Made by a program: the position numbers and the translations under genes. A stretch of 64,000 nucleotides of DNA, from contig OZ076413.1 of the NCBI GenBank assembly GCA_964187785.1, positions 44,268,001 to 44,332,000 on the forward strand, written 5' to 3'. The notes below the pieces were generated by a model. It was given only the letters and a program-made list of their open reading frames with translations. It was not told where the DNA came from and searched no databases. Shown piece by piece: positions 1 through 13,689 of this stretch (positions are counted from its first letter, which is position 1; every line of letters starts with the position of its first letter). Source of the stretch: Amphiscolops sp. MND2022. Lineage: Eukaryota.

Positions 1-1068
1 TCTAGGCGTTAAAGAGCATTTTTCTCCGTGTCTAGAATCGACAGGTGTGATAAGTTACAAGTGTTCATAAGTTCCTGAAATGAGCTTCCATTCCAAGACA
101 GCCAAGATGCTAGTAAGAGGGTCAACCCGGGACTACATTTCTTGCTAGATTCTAGACGTTATTCCTCTAGTCCTTATTCCCGAAACTCTTTGCTACGTCA
201 TATCTTAGACATTATACGCGCCCCTAATCTAAAATATCCAAAAATTCCGTTTATTTAATGTCTGAAGTATCAAAATAATCCATTAATTTAAGATCTGAAA
301 TCACCAAAACATTCCGATGATTTAAGATCTGAATGCTCTAGATGTAGGTTTCCGAGAAGGAAGGGTTTATCTTCTAAAAACGCTAAGGTTTTTTTGGGGC
401 AATGATATCATTTCCACGTTCGGAACGTTTTTTTCGCAGCTGTTGAATTGTTTTGAGGCGGGAAATGCAATTTTTGTCAAAAATTTGTAAAATTTTTGCA
501 TTGTTTGTAACATTCTGAGCAGGATCTTACAAGAATTCTTGTGATAATTTTGCAAGAGTTCTGATTCTTGTAACTTTTGGACGAATTGAAGAATATTTCA
601 ATTTTCATGAAACACAAATTTCATTTGAAAACTTCGCAAGTCATTCCAATTCAGATTCAAATGAAATCCACGGAAAAACAATTTGTGTAAATGAAGTTTC
701 GACTTCTTGTAGGATTTTTGTGTTGTGCAGCTAAATGTTATTTGAAACAAGAACTTTTGTAGTATTGCTGGATGTCTGTTCACAGACAATTTGAGTATCC
801 AATTTTGTGATCAAACAAATCGAGGCTGCTTCGACTAAACACAAGTCTTTGAAAGTTGAGCACAATTTTGATGATTGAACGGATCTCACACGAGAATGTT
901 CAAGCATTACATCATCATCTCTTTAATTGACGTTTATCAAACTGTCCGAAAAGTGTATCCCAAATTTGGTAGTAACTAGTAGCCATGCGTTTTGCAAGCT
1001 TTAATATGCTATAGTTCTAATTTCAAATGCAACTGGACCTTGCAGCAACTTTATCGCGAATAATAAAC

Positions 1069-1144
1069 AAAATTTCAGACGACAAAGTTTCCGACGAAAA
1101 AATTTCAGACGACAAAATTTCCGACGTTGAAATTTCGGGTGACG
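1069..1144. repeat. Short tandem repeat, ~15-bp unit (aaaatttcagacgac-like), about 5 degenerate copies
   Basis: aaaatttcagacgac / aaagtttccgacga / aaaatttcagacgac / aaaatttccgacg / gaaatttcgggtgacg are adjacent. Confidence 0.7.
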
Positions 1145-3441
1145 AGTTTTTGATATTAAGTGGACACTTCTTTCCACTGTGAATTGAGAACTTTTTTCAA
1201 CTATGAATGACTTGAATGTTTTGGATTTGGTACGCATGTAGCAAAGACAACCTTCGCTGATTATAAAGCAAACATGCCACCGATAACCCAAATTTCTACT
1301 GCGTGGAACTATGACAATAGTAGGTACATTGAAAAAGGTTCTACAGCCTCAAAACTCGGATTTTTTTCTCTTTGAACAGATAATGAAAACTCGTTTTCAT
1401 GAATTTGACAGGAAATCGTTACCACCTGCGAAGAAAGAAGAAAATAGAGGATTATTCCTGTGACTATTGGAACGTCCGGTATAGCATAAAAATTCGGAAC
1501 TTGAGTCCGATTTTACTTTTTCTTTATTTCATGAAACTTTTCACGTGTCTCTGTAAGGATTGGAGCAAAATTTGAGACCAAAAGTAAAAGAAGCATTGAA
1601 GTTGTCTTCCAGCTTAGAGCAAATCAATGATTCTTTTCAAGGAAAAATCACCGCAATTTGACGTATGATTGTAGAAGCAACTTTGGAACGAAATTCATTC
1701 AAAATTTTCCAGCTTTTGCAAACAGGCAACTTTTAACAATAGGCGAGAAACTTCGTTGCATATAAATTATTCTCAAGAACAATGCAAGCGACACAAACAA
1801 TGAACTATGTGAGAGAAAAAGTGATTTTCAGCCGTTTTTTGACATCTTTCCAAGGTAGATCTTTTGTTTTCGATAAAAAAAGGTCTTCTGATTTGGCTAG
1901 AACTTGCATACATCACTGCATTTGTTTTTGAAAGGACTCAAAATTTTGGTCATTTTCCATGTATTCCCGTAACTATTTTTAAAAACAATTTAATGTAACT
2001 TTCTAAAGTTTGAGTTTAGGAGAAAAACTGTCTATAGTATATGAAAATCAAGCTTGGGTACTAACTTTATCTGAAGAATTTTGAAGTTGATCTATAATAA
2101 TTTTGTTAAATCACTCAGTGATCCAAACAGTGATCATCGAAACGTTGAATAACTATTTCGTTTCTGCTTTTTTGACCTCTCTCTGGGTAATAAATTTGAA
2201 TACAATAATGGCATTATTTCTCTCGAAAACGAACTACGCCTTCTTTGTCGTAAAACTTTATATCTTGAAAACTTCTTTTTCCACCCCAATAACTATAGTA
2301 TAAGATTTTTTACTGTTCTTAAAGACTGATGAAGATGCATATAGTATAAAAACTAGAAGAGCAAGTTTTATAGTGATCACTTTAAAAAAAGTATTTTAAT
2401 CAAGAGGTGTGCAAAAAGTGTGGAAAAACAATTTGTTCAAATCGGGAGAGGCTGAATAAAAAAGTGAATTCATCTATAATTTGTTCAGCTAAGTTTGTTT
2501 TCCGTCCACCAGTTGAAGGAACTGGTTTCTCGCTTTTCCTTCGGCGTGGTCGAATCGAACAAAAGAAAATATTGGTAAACAAAAATTGGCGCCAATGAAA
2601 TTGTAGCCTAAAAGTAATCAATAATGGTTTGTTATTATGCTTCAGCAGAGGGGAGGTTTCAAACTTCAATGCGTGTAGAAGATTAGATGAGCGCAGCGGG
2701 GTTGAAAAAAAACTGAATGGAACACGTTCATCATGTTTCTATAAAAGAAAACACGCTTCGCAGTGAGATTGTTATTAATAAATATTTAACATCAGTAGCT
2801 AACATTACACGGACGCACTTCAAAGAAATTGGAGTTCATATTTTTCAAACTCTTGGATGCTTGGCTCCAAGACTGCTACTGAAGAATAAAAGCACTTACA
2901 TGAAAGTTGATTCCTAGCACTTCAAAAAGACAAATTTCAAATATTCCCTGCTTTTGATGAAATGGACTTACTTCAGATGCTGGCTGAGAAATGTTTATCA
3001 GGTACCCAAATGTGAATTAGCGGGTAGGGCTTTAAGTAGGTTAAGCTGTAAGTCGTGTGTCTGCAACTCTAAACTGCAGAATAAAAAATTCAAATAAACA
3101 GGAAATTATTGCCAATAAAATTTTGCAAAAGTCAGCTGGCTTGTAGGCAATTCAATTTGTGAGTATATATTCAAAGATATGTGATACACCAAATTTATAT
3201 TTTTTTAATGTTTTCGATTTTTTTGCTGAACGCTCAGTTCGTTGCGGTAGTTGGTAATTAAAGCTGCAGTTAAAAATTAATAACTCAAAATGTTCGACAA
3301 TGGCACAGAAAAGCTAAGGAAACGTTCAGAATTGTTTATCTCTCTTTTTTTTAAAAAAAAAAACAAAAAACAAATTGATGAATGAAAAGGTAACTTTTTT
3401 GAAGCGAAAGGGAGAATATTGTTTGGGATACAAATCACACT

Positions 3442-3675
3442 TCAAAAGGATACAGTTGATGTATTTGTCAACAACCGGTAGGTTTTTTGGTAAACATGAG
3501 TTAATGGCGGGAGTATGATGGCTAGACTCGGCGGTAAATGGATTATGAATAAATGGTACTTGAATGTATTTAGCACCTTTGATTGTAATAGCAAGTTGGT
3601 AATAGTTATATTAAGTAGAGCATGAACGTTACAATGTGCTAGGTTCACTTTTATGTAAGTGATGAGATTTGGCAT
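3442..3675 (-). pseudogene. Coding-like remnant of unknown family, probably TE-associated
   Basis: 77-codon open frame (HCNVHALLNITITNLLLQSKVLNTFKYHLFIIHL). Same strand as neighbouring remnants at 4712-6590; no recognisable domain. Confidence 0.25.
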
Positions 3676-3699
3676 TAGCTAATTTCGTTTTCCTTAATT

Positions 3700-4160
3700 T
3701 TCAGCCAATCACAGCTTACCATTGGCTGCTTCCATTGGTCTGGGGATTGCTCTCTCCCTGTGCAATTTGACTGCGGCGCCTTTTTCCACAAAGTACAGCT
3801 TTTTCCTAGGAGAGCAGATTGCGCGAGAAATCCTTATGGGACCAAAGGGGACCAACCAAAAAGCCACTAAGGGACCAGCAGCAAGCAGTCCAGCTCAGGA
3901 CCAAGAATATAAGACCGCTAGCAGCACCAGACAGGTACACACATTCTGTTGGTGTTGGACCACGGTAACATGCATGGTAAGGTATGTATCATGTATGCTT
4001 GGTATGTCTCAGTGACGCTGTCCGCCTCAGCAACTCTATAAATGTGCAGCTTTGCAGTATCCTTTCCAATTAAACCAGTTGAAGCAACCGTGTCCGTGTT
4101 GGCGTTGTCTTTGTGTTGAGCTTCAGCAGCTTTTTAAAAGCATAAATTAACAATCGGACA
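3700..4160 (+). promoter_or_regulatory. LTR-like or promoter-like segment
   Basis: GC-richer island with three CCAAT/ATTGG boxes at 3707-3745, a TATA-like ctataaatg near 4035 and AATTAAA near 4068. This is the U3-R order of an LTR, but termini and TSD were not found. Confidence 0.3.
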
Positions 4161-4711
4161 ACTGCTTTGATCACAACAAACCGTTTGTCCCCAAGTCAAT
4201 CGTGTCTGAATTTGTCGCTTCTGTGTTAAACAAGACCAACAACAAAACAAGGGGCCCATCTTTTGTCCTGGTTTATATCTAACCACACTAACCAGATATT
4301 ACAACCATCGCATGTTATGCATGTAATAACCACAGCAGAAAATTAGAAACATGAAAAAATAACTGAAAAAATTATAGAAAAATGACACCCGAAGTAGGAT
4401 TGTTATGTAGAATCGAAATGCCTAATTAATTGTTAATGGAAAAGTTTCAATATTTCACAGGATCTCCAAAGAACTTGAACTCATTGCAGATTGTAACCGA
4501 AAAGCTTTTTCAATTTACCCCATATTGTTAGTTTTACAACGGGAGTTGCGTTTCTAGAGTCGAACTGTTCAAAATAGAAAAGTGCAGGCTGAACGTTTAG
4601 GCTCGAACTCTATGGTATCATAGGTGATGTGTATCATTGACATTGGGTTCAAAACTGCGTTTTTTGAACAAAGTACTTCATGGGATTCTTTTTCATGTTA
4701 TAAAATAGGGT

Positions 4712-5030
4712 TTATGTTGGAAGTGTATATGGCCAGCAAATGTCTGACACCAACCTTGATGCCAGTTTGTATGTTAATATTTTAGGAATTTTGTTTCGTA
4801 AGAGAAACTTCTGGAGGGCGGGTTTTACATGTTTCGTTAACTGAGAGGTCACTATATGTTCGACGGAAACGGTCTTCACGTAGGGGAATAATAAATGTAT
4901 TCCGTGTTTGAGGTTGTGTGTTGTTCTGTGAATCAAACGGTGGTCTTCCGCTCTGTGATTATTACTTATTTGAAGTTGTTGTTTTTGATGAGATAATGGT
5001 TGATCCTCTGCTAGTCGGTCAATGATGTCG
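4712..5030 (-). pseudogene. Coding-like remnant of unknown family
   Basis: Open frame of ~105 codons (DIIDRLAEDQPLSHQKQQLQISNNHRAEDHRLIHRTTHNLKHGIHLLFPYVKT...). Confidence 0.3.
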
Positions 5031-5034
5031 TTTT

Positions 5035-5330
5035 GTTATTTTCCGCCCATATTTCATATGGGAAAGGAAAATATTTAAATCAAACGGGTTTTTTTTTTTT
5101 ACAAAATTTGCCAAGATTTTATTTATATTTAAATTTAAGGGTGTTACCCATAGAATTCAACCGACATAAATTTAGCTTCGTGCGATATGTATTTGTAGAG
5201 ATTTTTGAAGTTTTTTTTAAAAAATGACGAAAATGACGAAAATGACCCCTTAATGACAAAATGACCCCTTAATGACAAAATGACCCCGAAAATGACAAAA
5301 ATTCCCAAATTTCTCATTTTTAAACATTTT
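5035..5330 (+). repeat. Dispersed repeat (second copy ~50590-50830) ending in aaaatgac(ccc) microrepeats
   Basis: ggaaaatatttaaatcaaacgggttt...acaaaatttgccaaga...cccatagaattcaac...tgtatttgt aligns with 50610-50760. Both copies are followed by tgacccc/aaaatgac repeats. Confidence 0.75.
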
Positions 5331-5399
5331 TATGCAATTTTTGCCATTTTTTGAGACACCGCGAATTAGAAAAATGGACAAGATGAATCGAAGCTTTCT

Positions 5400-6590
5400 T
5401 TTCTTCGAACTTCTCAGCGTTTTTATAGTGCATTAGTTATTCTTGAGCCTCAAATTTATGTAGTTGTAGAACAGTTCGGGGCGGAAAATATCCCGCTCCT
5501 CAGCGGGCGTCTTGTTAGTTATCCATGCTGTCAGTGGCGGTAGCGAAGTGATACGGTAAATTTTCCGATAATGGGGGTTATCGTGTTGTCAATAATATAA
5601 AAAATTTAGAAGTTGTTGTTCGTAAAAAAAAAAAGAAGATAGTCAACGTCGATAATTTCAAGGTAGTTGATATGTATCTAACCTTTTCGCAATCAAGGTG
5701 TGATACTTACAATTTCGATCAAGTTACCTTTGAAGACTTGCTGGTTGTCAACTGCATCTGCGTCGGTGTGGTTTTGGTTTAAATTTTGCTCGGCATAAAT
5801 GATTGTTTCGTCCGGGACGAATGAGAGGAGTCTCTTTTTAAGAACGCATTGAGTTCAGTATGTACTGATCTTTCAGATGATGTAGTTAGTAAAAATTTGA
5901 AAGTTCACTAACTAGTTTGAACGGCCTTCAAATGAATGAAATGGTAATATTTCTCATTAGGAGTTAATCTTCGAATTGAGTGAGGCAAAATATTTCACTT
6001 TTGTTGTTTATGAGCTTTTTGGTTGTATTAGGCTCTGAACTTGTTAAAAACAAAGATGAAATTGGCTCTGATTGTTTTGAATCCAAAATTATTATTGTCG
6101 AATATTGTCGAATTAAGATGTGTTGCACTTTTTTTCAACATTTTCAATTTTCTCGATTCATATGTACACTACCTGTCTTAAATGTTTTTTTTTAGTTTTC
6201 ATTTTATGATGGGAATATAGTCTTTTTTGTATGGCTTGTATCCGACGTGTTTCTAAACTTGGACAACAAAGAGTAACCAAGCGCCAATTCTGGTGCGTTG
6301 TACACAAAAAGTCAATGAAAAACTTCGGTAAGAGAGCGTTTAAGAATTTTACAGTGTTTCGCGTTCTTGGTCGTGACGTTGCATAGTAGTACAAAGGTGG
6401 TCGCTGTGGAAACCGTTTCTTTGAGGACCTGCCTAATCGTTGGTAGGATCCTACAATCCTACCAATCGTTTGAGCGTGTTTAATGGAATCACGAGCCATT
6501 TTGACACCTCCTTCTCTAATCAGTCGAGCAATTACTTGAGAAGTCAATGCAATGTCTTAATAAGATAATATGTTTTGGCCCGCAGCAGAC
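5400..6590 (-). pseudogene. Disrupted ORF of an unidentified repeated family (second fragment at 53060-53360)
   Basis: Stop- and frameshift-broken frame MSAAGQNILSY*DIALTSQVIARLIREGG...FVPDETIIYAEQN...IDNTITPIIGKF...NKTPAEERDIFRP. The nucleotide homolog at 53130-53225 keeps the peptide NKTPADQQDIFRP. Confidence 0.45.
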
Positions 6591-6839
6591 ATGCCGGGTA
6601 AATAAATCAGCGAGAGCCATCAACATATATTTTGTGTCGTAACGCGGAAAACTAGCGTGGAAAGCAATCGGAGGCTACTAATATATGAGTACAACCATTA
6701 GAGTTAGGGATTCACTAATTAGGTTGATCTAAATTGTATTTTCAGCAACGTTACGTAACTTGTAGATCAAATCCAAAGGTAGCGTAACTTTTTCTTCACG
6801 AATAGGTTTTACTTGAAATTTTCCGAAGCAAAATCGGTG

Positions 6840-7600
6840 TGCCTTTTCTACTCAATTCTGATTGTCGTACCAATTCCAGAGTTCAGCCAACAATTTGGGC
6901 GTCCGTGGCTGTGGAGTCACCATGCATCGACTTGATTATGGCTCGTGGAGTTCCAGGGGAAAATTCCAATTGTCGGACAAACTGTCTTTCTCTGTTGTCA
7001 GAAAAGTTGTGGTGCAAGCTGTCGTTGATAGCTTCCAACCTTTTCCAATGTTTGTTGAGCTTTTCAACGAACGCACTTGTCAGGTGCAAAATGGATGTTA
7101 ACGTGTAAACATGGACAGCAGAGACTGCATTATGGTTGGTTGGAGATAGGGTGATCTACAGTCTTGTTCTCATCAGGCTATCATCACGCCATGTCAATCT
7201 TCGGGAGGAAAACAGGAATATCTTCGTGAAGCTGCAGGATAACTTTGTCATGCGTTTGGGGAATTCGTGGGCGTGAGACTTGGGTGGGTGCTCATCTGTG
7301 GAAAGGCAGTTTTCGATGAGTAAGACGTAGTTAGCTGCGTGTTGACTAGCGTCGCATATGATCACGAGTTGTTTGTGGAGTTAAAGTAGTTGTGACTGTT
7401 TCGCAGCTTTGGCAAGTTGAGTTTCCGGTTGATGTCAAAGATCGAGTCTTCATGAATTTACGTATGTTTCAACTTGACATATTTTTGATGGTTTTTTCAA
7501 AACCAAAGCTGTTTCTCAGCCAGTCGTGGTTTGTACTTAAATTTAACAAAAATTTCCCTAAAATGACTTCGCTAATGTGGGCGTTTTGATTTCTTGAGCG
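6840..7600 (-). mobile_element. Ty3/Gypsy pol remnant (RT C-terminus and RNase H)
   Basis: RNase H first-strand motif LVIICDASQHAANYVLLIE at 7310-7375; frameshifted and truncated. Confidence 0.7.
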
Positions 7601-7990
7601 AATCATTTAGTATTTCTTTCAGAGCAAGTCATTATTGTAACGTCAAGCTAGCAGCGACATCCTAGAACTGGGACAATGCTTAGATTGCCTAAACAGGAGA
7701 CCAGAGTCTTACTACAATCTAGACATTAGCTTTTAGTCCCTAACGGTCTCCTAGGGGACTTTACCAAACGTCTAATGAGACTCCTCTAATTAGATAATTA
7801 GAGCTCCGTGGCGACGTGCCGGCGCGCAATGCTAAGTCATCCTGCTATCTCCTACAAGCTTCCGAGTTCAAAAGGGTGATTTAGGCGAAATTCATTATTT
7901 CCATAGCAAGTATGCAAACATCACAAAAGTATCGATCTGGCAGATCCGGCACCATCACTAATCTGCTAAATAACATTAATTACAACAGAA

Positions 7991-8750
7991 TTAATTGCGC
8001 AGAGTTCTTCGGACGTCTTCATGATGATTTTGATGCTCTGGCCGGGATCCATAAATGGGTCTTCTACTGATTTCGGGGACATCTGACATTTTTCGGAAGA
8101 GATGACACAACACTGGGACTGCATTGTCTTTGTCTCGGGGTTTCTTCTTTTGTCTGCATTTACACGGGTTTTTCAGCGTCTTCTGTCTCTTCTTCGATTT
8201 CAGGGACCTGCCATGTCGGCCATTTTGACTCGCACACTTTCTGCCATCTTGATCCAATTTTTCATCGAAATTTTGTGGCCGGATGCCTGACGTTACATTA
8301 TTTATTTTCATGAAACCAGCCGCATTGTCATGAATGGGGTTTTGCCCATGCTGGCTGCTATGTCGATATCGTCAATTAAAGGGCCTATTTTTCTTCTACA
8401 GACAAGAGAGTCAAAATTTGTGCGCATTGTGCCATTAAATGTTGATTTTCAATCAGTTCTTGAGTCAACTGAAAAAATGAATGTCAAGCTAAAGAAGTTG
8501 AAAAGTAACAGTTGGACAGATTGCTCATCAGTTGTTTCAAGATTGTTGTGCCGGATATTGGAAGAGATGGTTCAATACATCATCAGCTTCACGAGGGTAC
8601 TTCGTAATGAAAGAGTGTTGGTGTTATAGGCTTGCAGTAACTGCATGCTGAGAAAGCGAAGTGGAGAGACTGAATGTGTGAAACTGCATTATTTGGCGTA
8701 CGTATCAGTAATGGCAATTTGTTTTCTTTTGCCACTTTGGCATATTCTGA
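7991..8750 (-). mobile_element. Probable gag-like remnant upstream of the pol remnant (family A, copy 1)
   Basis: Broken frame containing ITKYPREADDVLNHLFQ; homologous to 13870-13940; same strand and upstream of the pol fragment at 6840-7600. Confidence 0.45.
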
Positions 8751-9029
8751 CAGGTTGTTAATAATATGTCAAATATGGTATTTAATTATTTTCACATCGT
8801 TGTTTTGATCTAGTGTACAACTCGCTCTACCACACTCCCCTCACTGGTATGGGAGGCGAAAGAGGAACAATTTACAAACAGAAATGAGTAGTTCATTTAT
8901 AGGGTAAAGCCATAATGGTTAAGGAAGTTGACACACAGTTTACTAATTTAATATCCATAATAACGACTAGCTCTCAGTCAATATACATATGCTGTCTAGT
9001 TGACTAAAACAAACAAATTTAACTCGTGG

Positions 9030-12000
9030 GGTTTCCCACCCAATCAAAAATGGTACCACATTTGAAATGGTAAAAGTTTTTGACAGTTTCTTCAGTGGGG
9101 CAAATTTATTTACAAGGAGTTTCGGTTAGGGATTTCTTTAACGCTTGGAAGGCTATCTTCTTCATCATGATGTTGTTTCCCCTTCGATCCGGCTTTTTGG
9201 TAACTCTGGCTGAAGAGCGGGGCTTTTCCCACTTGACTGACTCTTTGATCAGCATCAAAGTTGAGTCTTCTTCTTTTCTGCCCATTTCAGGCGGTTCGCT
9301 GTCGTCACCACTAATTGTAGGTTCCGACTGTACTTGTTGCTCAGGGATACCTTCATTTGGGTTCTCTTCGTTTTTTATCTGTACATCCACATCTTTTTCG
9401 CTTTCAGTGCGTTTTTGTGGCATTAGCCCCATTTTGGACTCCGACATGGTTTTTAACTTCGCTGCTTTTTCTTTAATCTGCTCTCTATTTACACTCTCCT
9501 CCTTGATCTCATTCGCCTTTCTTTTGCTCTTTGCCGACTTGTTTTCACTTGGTTCCTTGCTGGGACTTGCCACTTTGCTGCTTGTTGCCTTATTTACACT
9601 TTTAGCCACATCTCTTTTTGAATACACTACTTGTCTGCCCGCTTTTGGTAGAATTGTGATTGTGTGGCTCGACTCGCCACAGTTTGACCCTTTACCTTTT
9701 TGAAGGCGCCCTCCAATTTTGTCCCTCTGACACGTTCTCTGACTAATATAGTGGAGTCTGCTTCTTCACTAAAGTCTTCCGGTTCTATTTCGATTCCTGG
9801 GTCTTGATCTAAAATACATTTTTCTATCATTCGTGGTTTTTCCGTATTTAGTTTTCTCTCATTTTGCCTTTCAAATGCTGACCTTCCATCAGGGCCTTTT
9901 TCTGATCTTAGTGCAAATGAAATATTTTGTGTTTGTTCTCAATCTTTCAATAATCGTTCGGATCATTCTTTCTACTTTCCCGTTTCCTTTGTGATCTTTC
10001 ACTGGGCAGATGATATGTTCTATGAAACTTTCGTTACAGAATTTATTGAATTTTTCGCTCTTAAATGTTGTTCTGGGGTCGGTTCTGATTTTTTCTTAGG
10101 TATACCGTTCTTTGCGATATATTCTAGAAGAAATTCAATTACTTTATCGGTTGTGGGATTAAGTAAGAATAGTGCATCTGGCCATCCCGAGTGATTATCT
10201 ACGGATACCAAAAAATACTTTTTCTCTAGGTTTGCATTGTGAAATGGGCCCGCAATAACTAGCGAAATTTCTTTATTTGACTGATTGGCCGCTGGTAGTT
10301 TTCCAAATTCAGTTTGTGACTTCATGCATTTTAGGTTCTTACCTGCTAGGCGGCATTCGTTGCAATTCCTGGCATTTTCGATAATCTCTCTGTGGATGCG
10401 AGACCACCAATTATCCGATGCCTCTCTCAGCATCGCATCTCGCCCTGCGTGACCGAAATGAATTGCCCGGAGCATATTCTCGCGCATGTCCTTAGGGATA
10501 ACGAGTCTGTGGTCCATGTAAAAAAGGCCGTTTGTGTCAACGGAGAATGAATTAAATTTTTCCCCCCATGGGGGGTTGTAAACGTCCAATGACGGCGGTA
10601 TTTCTATTTTGAACCAGGTTGATTACTTCTTGAATTACCCGATCGTTTTTGGCGTTGGCAAAACCGCATTAAATTTTGAGTTTGGCAACACTTTGGCTTC
10701 TGCCATTGTTGGTAATTGCTTGTCAACTTTTATTGATTGCTCATGTGCGCTGTTTGTTTGCATAGGCGCGTGGACTGACAAAATTCTACTGTTTGCTTAT
10801 CTTTCTTACTTTCCTGCGCTCTGACTGGTTTGCGCTGATCTGACAATCGCTCTAAATCTGGCGTAAATTCTTCAACTACATTTACTGTAAACCAATCTGC
10901 AAACAATTCCTCCGCTTTAGCTGCTGAACCTTCGTAATTTGAGGATGTCTAGACAGATAATCTGCCATTCCCAAAGTTCTCCTGGGAGTATGTACAATAA
11001 AGAAATCAAACGGCAGGAGTCTGTCCACCCACCTTTTTAATCGACTTTAAAATGTTTTACTTCCTTTATTAGATCTAAGTATGCTCTGCAATGCTTTCTG
11101 ATCGGAAACTATTCCGAATGCGACTCCTTACACGTAATTTTCAAAATGCTCTATTGACCATACTACCGCCAATAGTTCTGATTCATTAATTGAAAGTTTA
11201 GACTCTAACTCGGATAGAAATCTTGAAGCATACGCAATTGGTTTCCATCTGTTTTCCTCGCATTGCTGTAGGACAGCGTCTAAGCCATGCTTGTTCGCAT
11301 CACATATGATTCTCAACGGTTTATTTCTTTTGAAATGCGTTAGTTCAGTTACTTTTCTCACTTCTTGGTTCACCCTTTTGAACGCCCTTTCATGTTCATC
11401 GGTCCAATTCCATACTGCATCCTGCTTTAAAATGGATCTGAATTGGAAACACATTGACGCAAGGTGCGGGATGAAATTACTGAATTGATTTACAGCACCG
11501 AGGAACGATCGTAGTACCTTCAAATTCGTCGGTCGTAGTTTTTCTGTTATGCCTTGCACTTTTGAATTTACTGGCGAAATTCCCTGACTCGTCATTTTAA
11601 AGCCTAATCACTCAATTTCTTGTTTTGCTATTTTGCCTTTTCCCGCTTTTAATTGGAGTTTTGCCCTGTCCAATATTTTCAAACTTTCCCGCACTTTATC
11701 TAGGTGGTTTTCCTTGGTTCCCTTAGTTACTATTAGAATGTCAACAAAAAACACAAATACTTCTCTAAATTTTGCTAATAAAATGTCCGTTCCGAAGATT
11801 CTTTTGGCATAACCGACAGACCATAAATACCGTAACAAATCTGTACGTTCCGGTAGACTCCCCACCGATATTTTGAAAATTACGCTGTTTTGCCGTTAGA
11901 TGGGGTAAGGGAAGTTGACCGTACGCGTAGGTTATATCTACCGAAGAAAACCACGTTTCACTTTCTACAGTATCCAGTTCTCAGCGACCATATCTAGCAA

Positions 12001-13600
12001 ACTGTCTAGATTTGGCATTGGGAATTTATCTTTATCAATTGCTTGGTTCAGCGCGCGTGCGTCTTATGCATTTTTTACTGAACGATCCTTCTACACCGTG
12101 ATTACAGTCGGCTGGATGAACACGTCATCCTTTAATTCATTAATTTTCTCAAAATGACCTTCTTTCAGCAATCTGTTTTTTTCCGCATCCAGTGCCTTTT
12201 GCAGTTGCATAGGGATTCTTCTCCCTTTTTGCTGAATTACCTTCGCTTCCGGGTTCAAGTTAATTTTTATTTGGTAATTGTTCACAATGGGAATCACACT
12301 CGGGAATCATTAACTAATTACTTAGTTTTCGGGGGGCTTAGTTCATTTTCCTTTTCTATAGAAATTACTTCCAACTCACTTTTTTCTTGTTCCAGCTTGT
12401 ATCGTAAAGTGGTCAGCCATTCTCTGCCAAATTTTGATTTTGATCCGCTTCGGGCAATTAGAGTTTGGCTTTCTTGATATAGCTGTCATTCACTTGCAAG
12501 TCGCAAAAGACATATCCCAGTAGTTGCAGTGGTTTTCCATTGAAATCCACATAGCGTTCGCCTTTTATAATCTGTCGCACGGGCAGTTTTTCCCTCTTCA
12601 TGATTCGTTTGATCTCGTCTAGTGCGAAGATGGTTACTGGAGATCCCGTATCTATCATGGCTTTGAATCGACTACCATCGATGAACTCTTCCATGTAGTA
12701 TGGCTTCACTTCGTTATTGCCTCCTTCTATGTTCAGCACCATGTAGTCGTCGTCTTCATCGCCGAACCCTTCCTGGCCGACCAACATCACGCGCTTGCCG
12801 CATCCTCTGGAGTTGCCACTTTTCTGGTGAGTGTCTTTTTCTTCTGGTTGTACACCCGTTCTAATTGGCCTTTTCGTTCGCAGTAGTTGCACATTGCGTC
12901 CGGTGCTTTGCAACGTTTCAAGTGGTCCAGGGTAAACGTCCCAGCGCCAAATCTCCAGCATTCTTTTGAAATACTGTTGCCGACTCCACAAATCGGTTCT
13001 TCTTTCACTTTGGTTTCCTGGTTTAGGTAATTGTAGGATTTTTGGCGTTTTGGGCAATGGCAGATTGTAACGCTTGATCTGGCGTCTCCTTTGGCTCAGT
13101 ACAAAGTTTCTCTTGTACTTGTTTGTTTGCCATGTTTAGTACAAAGATGCCCGGTACTAAGCGCTATGTTTGATCGCCAAAATCGCATTCAGCAGCGAGA
13201 CCGTTTAGTGCATTCCAAAATTCGTTCAGCGACTCCGAAGTTTTTTGTTTTCGAGAAAGAAATACATGGCGGTCTAAGGTTCGATTCCGTCGTATTTGAA
13301 AACATTCACTGCAATGTTGCATTAGCTCCCGAAGTTCAATTAGCAGGAGGATATTGATGGTTGGGAATTTGTCCATCAACATTTTTCGTGCGTCCTTTCC
13401 AATTGAAATATACAGTAACCTTACTACTTTTCTTTTTGCAGGAATTTCATCAAGATACCCCATCAAAGCCAATGCTCGTGGATTCTGTTGATCAATTCCA
13501 CTCGCTTGTCATCCTTTAGGTACTAATTGTGATCATGATCTGAAGGTAGACAGGCTCAACGTCCGCAGGCTCAACGTCCGCGCAGGCATTCCCTTGATAT
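9030..13600 (-). mobile_element. Decayed Ty3/Gypsy LTR retrotransposon internal region (gag-PR-RT-RH-IN); LTR pair not resolved
   Basis: Gag 13164-13472 (RRNRTLDRHVFLSRKQ); protease MIDTGSPVT at ~12640-12665; RT 11608-12297 with catalytic motif degraded to VFFVDIL; RNase H ICDANKHG...PIAYASRFL at 11128-11595; integrase HFGHAG...CNEC at 10020-10589. Many stops and frameshifts. Confidence 0.9.
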
Positions 13601-13689
13601 CTCAGTGATGTTATCTATGTCTAACCTATGCTTAATAAAAGCACTATCGTTCTCAACCATTGTTTATTCCATTTGCTATTTTTCATGTG

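Noticed and set aside
4860-4920. HGIHLLFP resembling a viral primase motif
   Set aside because: Single short motif with no accompanying primase or helicase motifs; kept only as an unidentified remnant.
7637-7856. TG...CA-bounded CTAG-rich segment as a solo LTR (weakly similar to 1-340)
   Set aside because: No TSD, and the similarity to 1-340 is too patchy to support by eye.
9080-9703. 207-aa hydrophobic plus-strand ORF
   Set aside because: It is antisense to the Lys/Glu-rich C-terminal tail of the Gypsy integrase region.
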